DNA from: an uncultured Planctomycetales bacterium
Lineage (GTDB): Bacteria > Omnitrophota > Gorgyraeia > Gygaellales > Profunditerraquicolaceae
Assembly: GCA_964487475.1 (NCBI GenBank)
Contig: CAZAPM010000010.1
Coordinates: 3,005-67,004, forward strand
Direction of reading: 5' to 3'
DNA: 64,000 nucleotides
In this document: positions 9,008-18,075 of the stretch, piece by piece
How the letters are laid out: each line of letters begins with the position of its first letter
Numbering within the stretch: position 1 is the stretch's first letter
The notes under the pieces: generated by a model
The model's input: the letters and a program-made list of their open reading frames with translations, nothing else
Databases searched by the model: none
What the model was told of the DNA's origin: nothing
Translations under genes and position numbers: made by a program

Positions 9008-10519
9008 ATGGGGATCATCACCTTCGATTTCAACAGGTTGAACGTGCTGAAGCGCAAAAGCGGCGGAGGAGGGGTCTCCCTGACCGTGGTCTTAAGCGGT
9101 ACGCTGCTCAAGCTTTCCCGGGTAAGGAACACCGGGACCAAGATCGAGGTCCTGGATGTGCAGTGCCACAACGTGGCCGGCTTGACCGACGGCGAGATCT
9201 CCGATCTGATCGGAGTGGCCGCGCGGGGTTGGCTCTCGCAGGGCGGGTCATTCGCCGACGCTTGCCTGGTCGTCCCGGCATATCAGGCGATCACCAAGAA
9301 CATCGAGATCCCCTCCACCTCCCCCCAGGAGATCAAGGAGATCATCAACCTTCAGGCCGGACGGCATACCCCGTATTCCCGCGAGGAGATCATCGTCGAT
9401 TACGTGAATCTCGGGGTGTACCGGCATAATTACACCAAGGTGCTGCTGGTGATCGTGACCAAGGCGGCGGTGAAGCGGCAGTTCGAGATCATGGAGCGGG
9501 CGGGGATCAAGGTCTCCAAAGTGCTTTTTGCGCCAGAGGTCATGGCCGCGGGCGTGGCGCTGACCTTGAAGACCCCGGTGGCGGCCGAATCGGTGGAAGT
9601 GCTGGTGCATGTCGACGAGCAGTGTACGGATTTCGTGGTGGTGACCTCCGGCAAGCCCCTCTTCGTGCGCAGCATCCCCGTCGGGTCAAAACATTTCATG
9701 GACGATATCCATAAATACGAGGAGAAGTTCGCGCAGGAGATCCGCAACTCCCTGGAGTCCTACCTGAGCGAAGATATCGACAAGCCTCCCGTGGGAATGG
9801 TGCTGGCCGGCGCGGTGGAGATGCTCTCGGAAACCCCGGCGGCGCTTTCCAAGGTGCTGGGGATCCCGGTGCGCGTTTCCGCGTACATGGAATCCTTCCT
9901 GATGGGAAACGAAGTCTTTAACAAGCTTTCGGTGGCGAAGTATGCATCCTTCCTGGATGCCTGGAGCTATTTTTTCGCCCGGATCCCCTTGCAGACCAGC
10001 CTGATCCCCGAGGAGATCAAGCTCAAACAGCAGGTCGAACAGCGGGGAAGGGAGCTCATCAAGACCGGTATCCTCCTGCTGCTGATCTTCGTGCTTTTCT
10101 TCTTCACCCTCATCACCAAGATCACTTTTTCCACCCTTTACTTGCAGAAAGTGGATGCGCTTTTCCAGCCCCGTTCGAAAGAAGCGAGGAAGCTGGAGGA
10201 GGATTTCGCCAAGGTAAGCCTCATCAAGCAGTATTTGAGCCGGCGGGGCTTTTCCCTGGAGGTGCTCACCGAGCTTTACAATACTTCGACGGACGAGCTG
10301 CAGCTTTCCGACATCCGTTTCGACGAGCAGGGGAAGTTCACCGTGCGGGGCACGGCGGAGACCATGTCCGCGGTCTTCTCCTTCGTGGAGAACCTGGAGA
10401 AATCGAATTATTTCAAGGACGTCAAGACGAAGTATACCACCAAGCGCAAGGAAGGCCTGCGCGACGTGACCGATTTCGAGATCAACGCGTTCTTGAGCAG
10501 AAAGGGTGAGAAGAAGTGA
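9008..10519 (+). CDS. PilM-like actin-fold domain fused to PilN-like TM/periplasmic domain (GspL-like assembly protein)
   Basis: N-terminal roughly 330 aa are PilM/FtsA-like. One TM helix (ILLLLIFVLFFFTLI) is followed by a coiled-coil/periplasmic region. Lies in the T2SS/T4P operon. Confidence 0.7.
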   Translation: MGIITFDFNRLNVLKRKSGGGGVSLTVVLSGTLLKLSRVRNTGTKIEVLDVQCHNVAGLTDGEISDLIGVAARGWLSQGGSFADACLVVPAYQAITKNIEIPSTSPQEIKEIINLQAGRHTPYSREEIIVDYVNLGVYRHNYTKVLLVIVTKAAVKRQFEIMERAGIKVSKVLFAPEVMAAGVALTLKTPVAAESVEVLVHVDEQCTDFVVVTSGKPLFVRSIPVGSKHFMDDIHKYEEKFAQEIRNSLESYLSEDIDKPPVGMVLAGAVEMLSETPAALSKVLGIPVRVSAYMESFLMGNEVFNKLSVAKYASFLDAWSYFFARIPLQTSLIPEEIKLKQQVEQRGRELIKTGILLLLIFVLFFFTLITKITFSTLYLQKVDALFQPRSKEARKLEEDFAKVSLIKQYLSRRGFSLEVLTELYNTSTDELQLSDIRFDEQGKFTVRGTAETMSAVFSFVENLEKSNYFKDVKTKYTTKRKEGLRDVTDFEINAFLSRKGEKK

Positions 10520-11082
10520 AGGTGCCTAAACAGCTCGAATTCGCGCTGCAGTTCTACTCCAAGCTTTCCGCCAAGGAAAGGACCATTTTTTACGTGGCGG
10601 TGTTCTTTCTTGCGGTGATGCTGGTGGACAGGGTGTTCATCGCGCCTATCTTCGGGAAGATCTCCGCGCTGGACGAGGAGATCGCGCAGAAACGCACGGA
10701 CATGCGCCGGGACAGCAAGGTGGTGGCCCAGAAGGAACGGATCGCCGCGGAAGTGGCGAGGTATTCCTCGTACCTGGGGATCGCCGAGAACGAGCAGGAG
10801 TCGATGACCGTGCTCTTGAAGCAGCTGGAGAGCTTTGCCAATAAGAGCAAGCTCTATATCGTGGACATGAAGCCGGTAGGGGTTAAACAGGAGAAGGATA
10901 AGACTAAGCGCCTGCAGGTCAATCTTTCCTGCGAAGGGCTGATGGAGCAGGTCATGGAGTTCATGTATACCATCGAGAATTCCCCGGATCTTATGGTCAT
11001 CGAGAAATACCAGATCAGCCCGAAGTCCCGTGATACGGGGATCGCTTCGTGCGTGATGACCGTATCGAGGATCGCGTTGTAG
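10516..11082 (+). CDS. PilO/GspM-like inner-membrane assembly protein
   Basis: Single N-terminal TM (IFYVAVFFLAVMLV), coiled coil, then an alpha/beta domain. 4-nt overlap with the upstream gene. Confidence 0.6.
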   Translation: MKVPKQLEFALQFYSKLSAKERTIFYVAVFFLAVMLVDRVFIAPIFGKISALDEEIAQKRTDMRRDSKVVAQKERIAAEVARYSSYLGIAENEQESMTVLLKQLESFANKSKLYIVDMKPVGVKQEKDKTKRLQVNLSCEGLMEQVMEFMYTIENSPDLMVIEKYQISPKSRDTGIASCVMTVSRIAL

Positions 11083-11084
11083 CG

Positions 11085-11125
11085 GCAGTAGCACCCGGCC
11101 TTATCGGTTAGGCCGGTGTTTCACT
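11085..11125 (+). terminator. weak hairpin after the pilO-like gene
   Basis: CCGGCCTTatcggttAGGCCGG stem followed by a T-rich stretch. Confidence 0.3.
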
Positions 11126-11146
11126 TTCTGTGAAAGAGGTGTCTGT

Positions 11147-11674
11147 ATGCGAAAAATATTTGTAATTGTGGCGGTGGTGGCGTTTTGGGCCACGGGGGCA
11201 TATGCCGAGTCGGATTTCAAGATCCTGGAGCTGCGCAACCGTTTCTTCGAGGAGTCGAAGCAGGTCAAGGACCTGATCCCGCAGTCAAAGGATCCGGCGG
11301 TGCTGATGAGCCTGTATAACTCCTGCGTGCTTACCATCACCCAGTTCGACGCCTATTTCGGGATGTTGGGGATCATCCAGACCATGTCGGACAAGGAGCT
11401 TTCTTCCCGGGCCCTCGACGTAGTCTCCAACTGGCTTTACGAGATCAAGCGCACCAACGCGCTTAATATCTCGACCCTCGACGGGATGAAGCTCGAGCTG
11501 GCGCCGGAGACGAAGAACCATCTGGCCAGGCTTAAAGCGTATTTTGCGGAATCGACCATGCGGGCGGATGCCGAGCTTTCCAAGATCGCGACCCTGAAGA
11601 AGGTCAGCAAAAAGGAGCCGCCGCTGATGGCTCCTGCCGCGGCGCCGGCTGCCAAGAAGCCCGCCAAGAAATAA
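11147..11674 (+). CDS. secreted hypothetical protein (signal peptide, Ala/Lys-rich C-terminus)
   Basis: Signal peptide MRKIFVIVAVVAFWATGAYA. RBS GAAAGAGG. No recognised domain. Confidence 0.55.
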   Translation: MRKIFVIVAVVAFWATGAYAESDFKILELRNRFFEESKQVKDLIPQSKDPAVLMSLYNSCVLTITQFDAYFGMLGIIQTMSDKELSSRALDVVSNWLYEIKRTNALNISTLDGMKLELAPETKNHLARLKAYFAESTMRADAELSKIATLKKVSKKEPPLMAPAAAPAAKKPAKK

Positions 11675-11997
11675 TGTTGCGGGCAACGGTGGTCATGGTG
11701 GCGTGGTCTGCCGCATGCGTATCCTGCGCCTTTGCCCAGCAGTCCGTCTCCGGCAATCTCACCGATGACCCTACCCTGACCGTCAAGGAGATACGCGGCC
11801 ACCGTTTCAGCGTGCCTGAGGACCGCGAGGTCCAGAAAAAGCACGGGGTATATATCCTTACTCCCATCGATCAATATGTAGCGCAGAAATTCCAGAAGAT
11901 GGAGGAGCGCATGGCGTTTCTGGAAGCCCAGGTCGCGCAGCTTACCGAGCAGATCGCGGCGCTGCAGCCGAAGGAGGAGCACGATGTATCGCGTTGA
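11674..11997 (+). CDS. small secreted coiled-coil protein
   Basis: Signal peptide, then a C-terminal coiled coil (MAFLEAQVAQLTEQIAALQ). Confidence 0.5.
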   Translation: MLRATVVMVAWSAACVSCAFAQQSVSGNLTDDPTLTVKEIRGHRFSVPEDREVQKKHGVYILTPIDQYVAQKFQKMEERMAFLEAQVAQLTEQIAALQPKEEHDVSR

Positions 11998-12367
11998 GGT
12001 GGCTAATAGCGGCGGATTCTTATTCACCAGCGCCTCCCCGGGGGGGACGGTGGCGATCGATATGCACGGTGTGGCGGGGATCACTCCTCCGGATTGCCTC
12101 CTGGCGAGCGTCGCCAGCTGTATCGGGGTGTATCTGCGTAAATATGCGGAAGGCGCCAAGCTGGATATCTCGGGGTTCAAGGTCCGGGCGGAGGGGGAAT
12201 TGGTCAAAGACGGAGCGCTGGCCTTCAGGCTGATCAAAGTGACGATCGATCTCGGCGGAGCGGTCCTGGAGGAGCGGCGCCGGGCCGCGCTGCTGGAGTT
12301 CGTCAGGAACTGTCCGGTGCATAATACCCTGCACGCGAATCCGGCCGTGGAGATCTCCATATCATGA
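11984..12367 (+). CDS. OsmC/Ohr-family peroxiredoxin-like protein
   Basis: 127 aa with two Cys in an OsmC-like spacing ([10 protein letters not shown]...NCPVHNTL). Confidence 0.65.
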   Translation: MYRVEVANSGGFLFTSASPGGTVAIDMHGVAGITPPDCLLASVASCIGVYLRKYAEGAKLDISGFKVRAEGELVKDGALAFRLIKVTIDLGGAVLEERRRAALLEFVRNCPVHNTLHANPAVEISIS

Positions 12368-13419
12368 TGAAAGGACTTCCCCGCACCGCGCGTACCGGGA
12401 TCGTGTGCACGATCGGGCCTGCCAGCCGCGACATACGCGTCCTGCGGAGGATGATGCGGGCGGGTATGGATGTGGCCAGGCTCAATTTTTCCCACGGCAC
12501 TCATGCCGACCATCTTAAGACCGTGCGCCTGATCCGGGAATTGAACCGCACGTACCGTCGGGGCATCCGTATACTGGGGGACCTGGAGGGGTACCGCATC
12601 CGGATCGGCACCTGGCCGGGGCACGTCCCCATAGACTTGAAGCGCAGGCAGCAGGTCAGGCTTTCCAATTTTTCTCCGTTGCCGGCGGGTGCGGTCCCTT
12701 TTGAGTATGAAGGCTCTCTGCGGGATATCCGCAAAGGCATGACCATTTTCCTGGATGACGGCACGATCGCGCTGACGGTGAAGGGGTCGGGTATGCGCGC
12801 CCTGGAGTGCGAAGTGACGGTTCCGGGAACGCTCAAAGAGCATAAGGGGATCAATATCCCGGAAGCGAAGTTGCGGTTTTCCGGGGTCAAGGAGAAGGAC
12901 CGCCGGGATATCGGGTTCTGCGTGCAGCATCGCGTCGAGTATCTGGCGCAGTCCTTCGTGCGTACGCCCCAGGATATGCGGGTCGTGGCAGGATATGCGC
13001 GGGAACACGGGTATCGGGGGCTGCTCTTCGCCAAGATCGAGAACCGGCAGGGGATAGAGAACGTGGAGGGGATCCTGGCGGTGGCGGACGGTATCATGGT
13101 GGCGCGCGGGGATATGGGCGTGTCGATCCCGGTCTGGGAGGTGCCGGTGGTGCAGAAACAGATCATCCGTTCCTGCAACCTCGCGCGCAAGCCGGTGATC
13201 ACCGCGACGCAGATGCTGGAGAGCATGACCGAGCACCTGCGGCCGACCCGGGCCGAGGCGACCGATGTGGCCAACGCCGTGTTTGACGGGACGGATTACG
13301 TGATGCTTTCCGCGGAAACCGCCGTGGGCGCGCATCCGGTGGAGACCGTGGATACCATGAACCGGATCATCAAGTTCGCGGAAGCGAACCGGGCGGGGCT
13401 TTTTCCGGCGCGCAGATGA
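12364..13419 (+). CDS. pyk: pyruvate kinase, short form lacking the C-terminal domain
   Basis: IVCTIGPAS and [11 protein letters not shown] motifs, B-domain, [16 protein letters not shown]. The protein ends right after the A-domain at 351 aa. Confidence 0.8.
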   Translation: MMKGLPRTARTGIVCTIGPASRDIRVLRRMMRAGMDVARLNFSHGTHADHLKTVRLIRELNRTYRRGIRILGDLEGYRIRIGTWPGHVPIDLKRRQQVRLSNFSPLPAGAVPFEYEGSLRDIRKGMTIFLDDGTIALTVKGSGMRALECEVTVPGTLKEHKGINIPEAKLRFSGVKEKDRRDIGFCVQHRVEYLAQSFVRTPQDMRVVAGYAREHGYRGLLFAKIENRQGIENVEGILAVADGIMVARGDMGVSIPVWEVPVVQKQIIRSCNLARKPVITATQMLESMTEHLRPTRAEATDVANAVFDGTDYVMLSAETAVGAHPVETVDTMNRIIKFAEANRAGLFPARR

Positions 13420-13634
13420 AGGTATCGGTCAAGGTCAAGCCGGCAAGCTCGCGGGAAAAAGTTGAGGCGGCGCCTGACGGAAGTCTGCAGGTGTGGGTAC
13501 GGGCCAAAGCGCACGAAGGCAAGGCGAATGAGGCGGTGATCGCCGCGCTCTCCCGCCACTACGACATCCCCAAAAGCCGCATCACTCTCCTCAAAGGCCA
13601 CTCCTCTAAACTGAAGGTCATCGAGATACTGTAA
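13416..13634 (+). CDS. DUF167/YggU-family small protein
   Basis: 72 aa. VKVKP...G..L.V.V.A.A..GKAN..V...L motif. 4-nt overlap with pyk. Confidence 0.6.
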   Translation: MKVSVKVKPASSREKVEAAPDGSLQVWVRAKAHEGKANEAVIAALSRHYDIPKSRITLLKGHSSKLKVIEIL

Positions 13635-13645
13635 TCTAAGCAACA

Positions 13646-13740
13646 AAAAACAGGGACTATCCCTCGCTTAAGGTGCGGCCGCTCGAGTATTTAGAGAATG
13701 GCCGCACATGCGCTCGGGACAGTCCCTGTTTTTTGTTGCG
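13646..13740. terminator. bidirectional intrinsic terminator between convergent genes; also copy 1 of a dispersed palindromic repeat
   Basis: GCAACAAAAAACAGGGAC...GTCCCTGTTTTTTGTTGC is a near-perfect outer inverted repeat with T/A tracts on both sides. Confidence 0.7.
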
Positions 13741-13741
13741 C

Positions 13742-16414
13742 TTAGCCTAAGACTATTTCGATGATGTTCGAGGATCGGGTGGCTTTTTTGAGGAGATCGT
13801 TGCGGGGGATGGTGATGCTTTTGGATCCGGCGGCCAGCGGGCTGCCGTTTATGGCTGCGGCGACGATGATGTATTCGCCGTATTCCTTTCCTGCTTTGTT
13901 GAGGAAGCGGACGGTGATCTTTTTTCCGGCAAAGGTGAGGCGGACGGATATCTCGTTGCGGGAACCGAACTGTTTCTTTACGAGCTTTGGCTCGATCCGC
14001 AGGTCGCCGCGTTCGCCTCTCACGCCGAAGATCTCGGTCAGATAGGTGAGCATCAGCCAGCTGGCGGAGCCGGTAAGGTAGCTGTACATCCCGCGTCCCT
14101 CGGCGTTGAAGTATTCGGGCAGGCAGGGGTAGATACGGCTCTCCGCCGTCTCGACGCTCATCCGGCGGAGGGAATCGATCACCTCGAAGCCTTCCTTGAC
14201 GAATCCCCGGCGGTACAGTCCGTTGGCGAACATCACGGCCATATGGGAGAAGACCGCGCCGTTCTCCTTTTCCCCGTAGACGAAGGAGAATGCGCGGCCC
14301 AGGTCGTGCTGTTCCCCGCCGAAATCGGTGTTCAGGCGGAACCCGCCGCGTTTTTTATCCTGCAGGTATTTTTTTGCGGCGGCAAAGATCAAGGGGATCT
14401 GTTCGTCCGTGGCCACTCCCGACATCACGGAGAAGGTCTGACCGGTCAAAGTCATGCGTATGCGCGTGCCGGAAGAGGAGCCTTCCACCCGGCAGCCGCG
14501 GTTATCGTAGTAGCCGTTATAGAAGCCTTCCTTGAGCCATTCCTTTGCCCGGACGTGCGCGGTTATCCACTCCGCCTTCTTGGTCAGGTCTTTGGCCAGC
14601 GCCTCCGGGTCGAGCTCGACCGTTTCGCCGCTGATCCTTTTCCCGGCTATTTCGAAGTAATGGTTGAGCAGGGCGGTTTTTGAGTCCGCCGAGCCGTAGT
14701 CTATCGGATTATGCAAAGTGTCGAGCAGCAGGAGGATCTCTTTGGCCACGGTGACGCTTTTTACCCCGAGGCTCTTCAGCAGCCGGCTTAAGGCATGGAG
14801 GTTGGAGGCATAGAGGCAGGTAAAGGCGACGCTTTCACCCCGTTCCCTGGCCATGTCCAGCCCGTCGTTCCAGTCCGCGCCTTCCAGCCGGATGTGGTTG
14901 TGCTCTCCGACGTTGAAGAACTGCACCAGATGCTGGATCAGGATATGCTCGAGCACGGTGCCTTCGTATACTTCCCCGTGGGAGGTGGTCAGCCAGTGGT
15001 CCTGTTGCGGCTCCCATTCCAGGTCGAGGGCGCGGCTGCGGGCAAGCTGACGGTCCTTGAAGTAGGGAATGCGCTCGAAGAGGAGGGATTCGTCCCCGCT
15101 TTGGTTAAGGTAGAGCAGCGTGGTGATGAAGGGCCAGATGCCGTGGTCCATCCATACCCGCGAGATGTTGTTGCGGTCGGCGATGAACTCGCCGGGTCTC
15201 TGGCCGATGATGGTCGCGTTCGAACCATCGATGCGCACGCCCTTGAAATTGTTCAGGAGCAAAGGCTTGACCTCATCCGGATTGTTCAGGATCAGGGAAA
15301 GCGCGTCCTGCCAGAGGTCCCGCCAGCCGCGGCCTCCCCGTCCGTAATCGAAGTCCGGGAGGAAGGAGCAGCCGAAGATCTTGCGCAGGAGCGGCTGGAT
15401 GCTCACCCAGCGCAGCCAGTTGTCGAATTGGGGGTCGCTGCTGGAGACCGAAATATCCGAGGAAACCCGTCCCCAGTAGGCTTTGGTCTTATCCAGGGCT
15501 TCGGCGACCTTCTCCGGAGTGTTCAGTCGTGCGAATATGCGATCGGCGTCCGCGGTATTCTGCGTGATACCCAGAAGCAGGATAAAGGTACAGCTTTTCC
15601 CGGGTGCCAGGGTCAGGGGCGCGAAACGCAGCCCTGCCATCGGCTCTTTGCCCTGTCCGGGGAACTCCTTGTCCGGATTTTTTTGCGCGTACACCGCTTC
15701 CGGCATGAGCAGGTCCCCGGAAGCGCCGCAAAATTCCTCCTGGGTGGGAAACACCGCCAGGGGAGCGGCGCTCTTCGGGCCGCATCCGTACACGAAATAG
15801 GAGGTGGAATTCTTATGGTGCCCCGCTTCGTCGAAGACCAGGGTGGGGGTGACTATGACCCCGTGCGAGCGGATGCGGGAGCGCACCAGCAGCGACGTGA
15901 CGTGGCGATGGTCGCGCAGGTTATCCGCCGCTCTGGCGTAGAGGGGGATGGCTGCGGTCGGGGTGAAGGATACGGGTTTGGAGGTGATGTTGGTAAGGGT
16001 GACCTGCATCACTTCGACCGGAGCGTCGGGAATGAAGGAAAGTATCTGCGCTTCCAGGCCGACGGATTTGTTCTTCCGGATGGTCTTATGCCAGAGCAGT
16101 CCTGCTTCCAGCCGGGATCCGTCTTTGAGGTTGCGCGCTTCCCGCGAAACACCGGTCGCGGACCAGACATTGCCGTTCTTGAGGCGTACCCAGAAATTCC
16201 GGCTGCTCATCGAGGTGCCGAGGCTGTTGCGGGTAACGGGTTCGAGCAGGAAGAAGCTGTTGCCGGTTTTCAAGTCTCCGTGCAGGTCGGGAGTGACGGA
16301 GGCCATGAGGGGTGTCTGGTTGCAAAGGGGGAAATACAGCGTGCGCAGCGAATGCGCATGGTCGCTGTGAAAAGTGCCCATATCGTCCACAAAATTCCAG
16401 AGCGGCTTTTTCAT
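13742..16414 (-). CDS. large glycoside hydrolase/phosphorylase-like protein (GH94-like, cellobiose/cellodextrin phosphorylase superfamily)
   Basis: The only coherent minus-strand ORF. (alpha/alpha)6-barrel-like sequence with EGADWNDGLDM, which I recall resembling the GH94 catalytic-Asp context. Start uncertain: ATG at 16414 or 16450. Confidence 0.55.
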   Translation of the reverse strand: MKKPLWNFVDDMGTFHSDHAHSLRTLYFPLCNQTPLMASVTPDLHGDLKTGNSFFLLEPVTRNSLGTSMSSRNFWVRLKNGNVWSATGVSREARNLKDGSRLEAGLLWHKTIRKNKSVGLEAQILSFIPDAPVEVMQVTLTNITSKPVSFTPTAAIPLYARAADNLRDHRHVTSLLVRSRIRSHGVIVTPTLVFDEAGHHKNSTSYFVYGCGPKSAAPLAVFPTQEEFCGASGDLLMPEAVYAQKNPDKEFPGQGKEPMAGLRFAPLTLAPGKSCTFILLLGITQNTADADRIFARLNTPEKVAEALDKTKAYWGRVSSDISVSSSDPQFDNWLRWVSIQPLLRKIFGCSFLPDFDYGRGGRGWRDLWQDALSLILNNPDEVKPLLLNNFKGVRIDGSNATIIGQRPGEFIADRNNISRVWMDHGIWPFITTLLYLNQSGDESLLFERIPYFKDRQLARSRALDLEWEPQQDHWLTTSHGEVYEGTVLEHILIQHLVQFFNVGEHNHIRLEGADWNDGLDMARERGESVAFTCLYASNLHALSRLLKSLGVKSVTVAKEILLLLDTLHNPIDYGSADSKTALLNHYFEIAGKRISGETVELDPEALAKDLTKKAEWITAHVRAKEWLKEGFYNGYYDNRGCRVEGSSSGTRIRMTLTGQTFSVMSGVATDEQIPLIFAAAKKYLQDKKRGGFRLNTDFGGEQHDLGRAFSFVYGEKENGAVFSHMAVMFANGLYRRGFVKEGFEVIDSLRRMSVETAESRIYPCLPEYFNAEGRGMYSYLTGSASWLMLTYLTEIFGVRGERGDLRIEPKLVKKQFGSRNEISVRLTFAGKKITVRFLNKAGKEYGEYIIVAAAINGSPLAAGSKSITIPRNDLLKKATRSSNIIEIVLG

Positions 16415-16443
16415 GGGAAGTAATCTATCACAGTTGCAACCCG

Positions 16444-16585
16444 TATGCAAGCAGTATTAGGGACGCCCCTAAAGGGGACGCCCCTGAAGGCGCCCCTAAA
16501 GGGGACGCCCCTGAAGGGGACACCCCTTACCCGAAAACAGGGGTGTCCCCTCTGAGAGCGTCCCCTTTGAGGGCGTCCCTAAATG
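16444..16585. repeat. tandem plus inverted GGGGACGCCCCT(R)AAG repeat array forming a large palindrome
   Basis: Four direct copies of AGGGGACGCCCCTgAAg-like units. A perfect 13-bp hairpin AGGGGACACCCCT...AGGGGTGTCCCCT follows, then mirrored copies GCGTCCCCTTTGAGGGCGTCCCT. Confidence 0.7.
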
Positions 16586-16594
16586 TGGTATAAT
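16586..16594 (+). promoter_or_regulatory. extended -10 promoter element (TGgTATAAT) ending 8 nt before the ATG at 16603
   Basis: TGGTATAAT lies directly after the palindrome. Spacing to the ATG implies a leaderless transcript. Confidence 0.45.
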
Positions 16595-16602
16595 ACGCGG
16601 CT

Positions 16603-17298
16603 ATGAAAAGGGGATTCCCGAATAAGGTCAAGGCCGTCATCTTCGATATGGACGGGGTCATCACCAACACCATGCCGTACCACTATGAGGCCTGGCGGAT
16701 GGCTCTGGCCGAAGCAGGGGTAAAGGTGAACTGTTATGATATTTACCTGCGCGAAGGCCAGGACGGCATCACGAGTGTGAGGGAGATACTGGCAAAATAT
16801 CGCGTGCCCTTTACCGTGCGCTCCGCGCGTCAACTGCTGGCGCGCAAGGAAACCCTCTTCAAAGGGATGGTCAGGGTGCGGTTCATCAAAGGCAGCCGGC
16901 CTTTCCTGCGCAGGCTTTTACGCACCGGGGTGCAACTGGCCTTGGTGACCGGCACTTCCCGCCACGAGATGGAACGCATCCTTCCCCGTCCGCTGCGCGA
17001 GCTTTTCTCCGTGACGGTCACCGGAGACGAGGTGGCTCGCGGGAAGCCTTTTCCCGATCCTTTCCGCAAGGCGCTGCGGGGCTTACGCCTTACACCCGGC
17101 GAAGCGGTGGTGATCGAGAACGCGCCCTTCGGGATCGAGTCCGCGGTTTCCGCCGGGCTCTTCTGTATCGCCCTGACCACATCCCTTCCCCGCGCGCATC
17201 TGCGCCGCGCCCACGCGATCGTGCGGGATTTCGGGGAATTGCAGAAGTATTTGAACAAACAGGCGTTAAGGAGTATAATACACAGCTATGGCAGGTAA
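16603..17298 (+). CDS. HAD-superfamily hydrolase (beta-phosphoglucomutase-like subfamily IA)
   Basis: Motif I VIFDMDGVITNT at residues 12-23. Motif II/III (LALVTGTS...GDE...KP.PD) is typical of HAD-IA. Confidence 0.75.
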   Translation: MKRGFPNKVKAVIFDMDGVITNTMPYHYEAWRMALAEAGVKVNCYDIYLREGQDGITSVREILAKYRVPFTVRSARQLLARKETLFKGMVRVRFIKGSRPFLRRLLRTGVQLALVTGTSRHEMERILPRPLRELFSVTVTGDEVARGKPFPDPFRKALRGLRLTPGEAVVIENAPFGIESAVSAGLFCIALTTSLPRAHLRRAHAIVRDFGELQKYLNKQALRSIIHSYGR

Positions 17299-17659
17299 AT
17301 TCAAAGAAAAATTATCCGAGATCCTCGCGCGCGACCGACGGTATAAGGCGGATGCCTATGAGTTCGTCATGCAGGCGCTGTGGTATACCCAGAAGAAGCT
17401 TAAACGGCAGGGCCATGTCAGCGGCAAGGAGCTTTTGACCGGGGTGCGGCAGTACGGCCTGGACCAGTTCGGCCCCTTGACCAAGACCGTTTTCGAGCAC
17501 TGGGGCCTGCACCGGACCAGCGATTTCGGGGAGGTCGTGTTCAATATGATCGAAGGGGGCCTCATGGGCAAGAACGACCAGGATTCCCGGGACGATTTCC
17601 GCGACGTCTTCGATTTCGAGAAAGACCTCGACGTCTTCAGCGAGAGCTACAAGAAATGA
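17288..17659 (+). CDS. hypothetical protein
   Basis: 123 aa. No recognised motif. Coding-like composition. Overlaps neighbouring genes. Confidence 0.45.
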   Translation: MAGKFKEKLSEILARDRRYKADAYEFVMQALWYTQKKLKRQGHVSGKELLTGVRQYGLDQFGPLTKTVFEHWGLHRTSDFGEVVFNMIEGGLMGKNDQDSRDDFRDVFDFEKDLDVFSESYKK

Positions 17660-18072
17660 AGTCGCACACGGAGTACCTCTGGTTCTCCACGGAAAAGCGG
17701 CAGGAGTTCCTCAATATCACCCCGCAGGTGGAAGCGGCGGTGGTCAAAAGCGGTATCAGGGAAGGTCTGTGCCTGGTCAACCCCATGCATATCACCGCGA
17801 GCGTATTCATCAACGACGACGAGGGCGGCCTGCACCAGGATTTTTCCGCGTGGCTGGAAAAACTGGCGCCGTACGGGGTGGACAAGTACCGGCATAACCT
17901 GACCGGCGAGGACAACGCCGACGCGCATTTGAAGCGCACGGTGATGGGCCGGGAAGTGGTGGTGGCGGTGACCAAGGGCAAGCTGGATTTCGGCCCCTGG
18001 GAGCAGATATTCTACGGAGAGTTCGACGGCCAGCGCAGGAAGCGGGTGCTGGTCAAGGTGATCGGGGAGTAA
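17656..18072 (+). CDS. YjbQ/UPF0047-family protein (secondary thiamine-phosphate synthase-like)
   Basis: [15 protein letters not shown]... and YRHN motif are characteristic of YjbQ. Confidence 0.7.
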   Translation: MKSHTEYLWFSTEKRQEFLNITPQVEAAVVKSGIREGLCLVNPMHITASVFINDDEGGLHQDFSAWLEKLAPYGVDKYRHNLTGEDNADAHLKRTVMGREVVVAVTKGKLDFGPWEQIFYGEFDGQRRKRVLVKVIGE

Positions 18073-18075
18073 GCG

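Noticed and set aside
11437-13335. 632-aa minus-strand ORF across the secreted-protein, OsmC and pyk genes
   Set aside because: Antisense to pyk, which has several canonical motifs. Translation dominated by R/P/H/G. Spans three + strand genes.
14795-16423. 542-aa plus-strand ORF opposite the GH94-like gene
   Set aside because: The minus-strand 902-aa ORF has a diverse enzyme-like sequence and conserved-looking motifs. The plus frame is G/V/P/R-rich. The convergent terminator at 13646-13740 supports minus-strand transcription here.
16444-16585. Possible CRISPR array (repeated GGGGACGCCCCT units)
   Set aside because: Repeats are only 15-16 nt, directly abutting without spacers. Half are inverted copies forming one large palindrome. 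No cas genes nearby.
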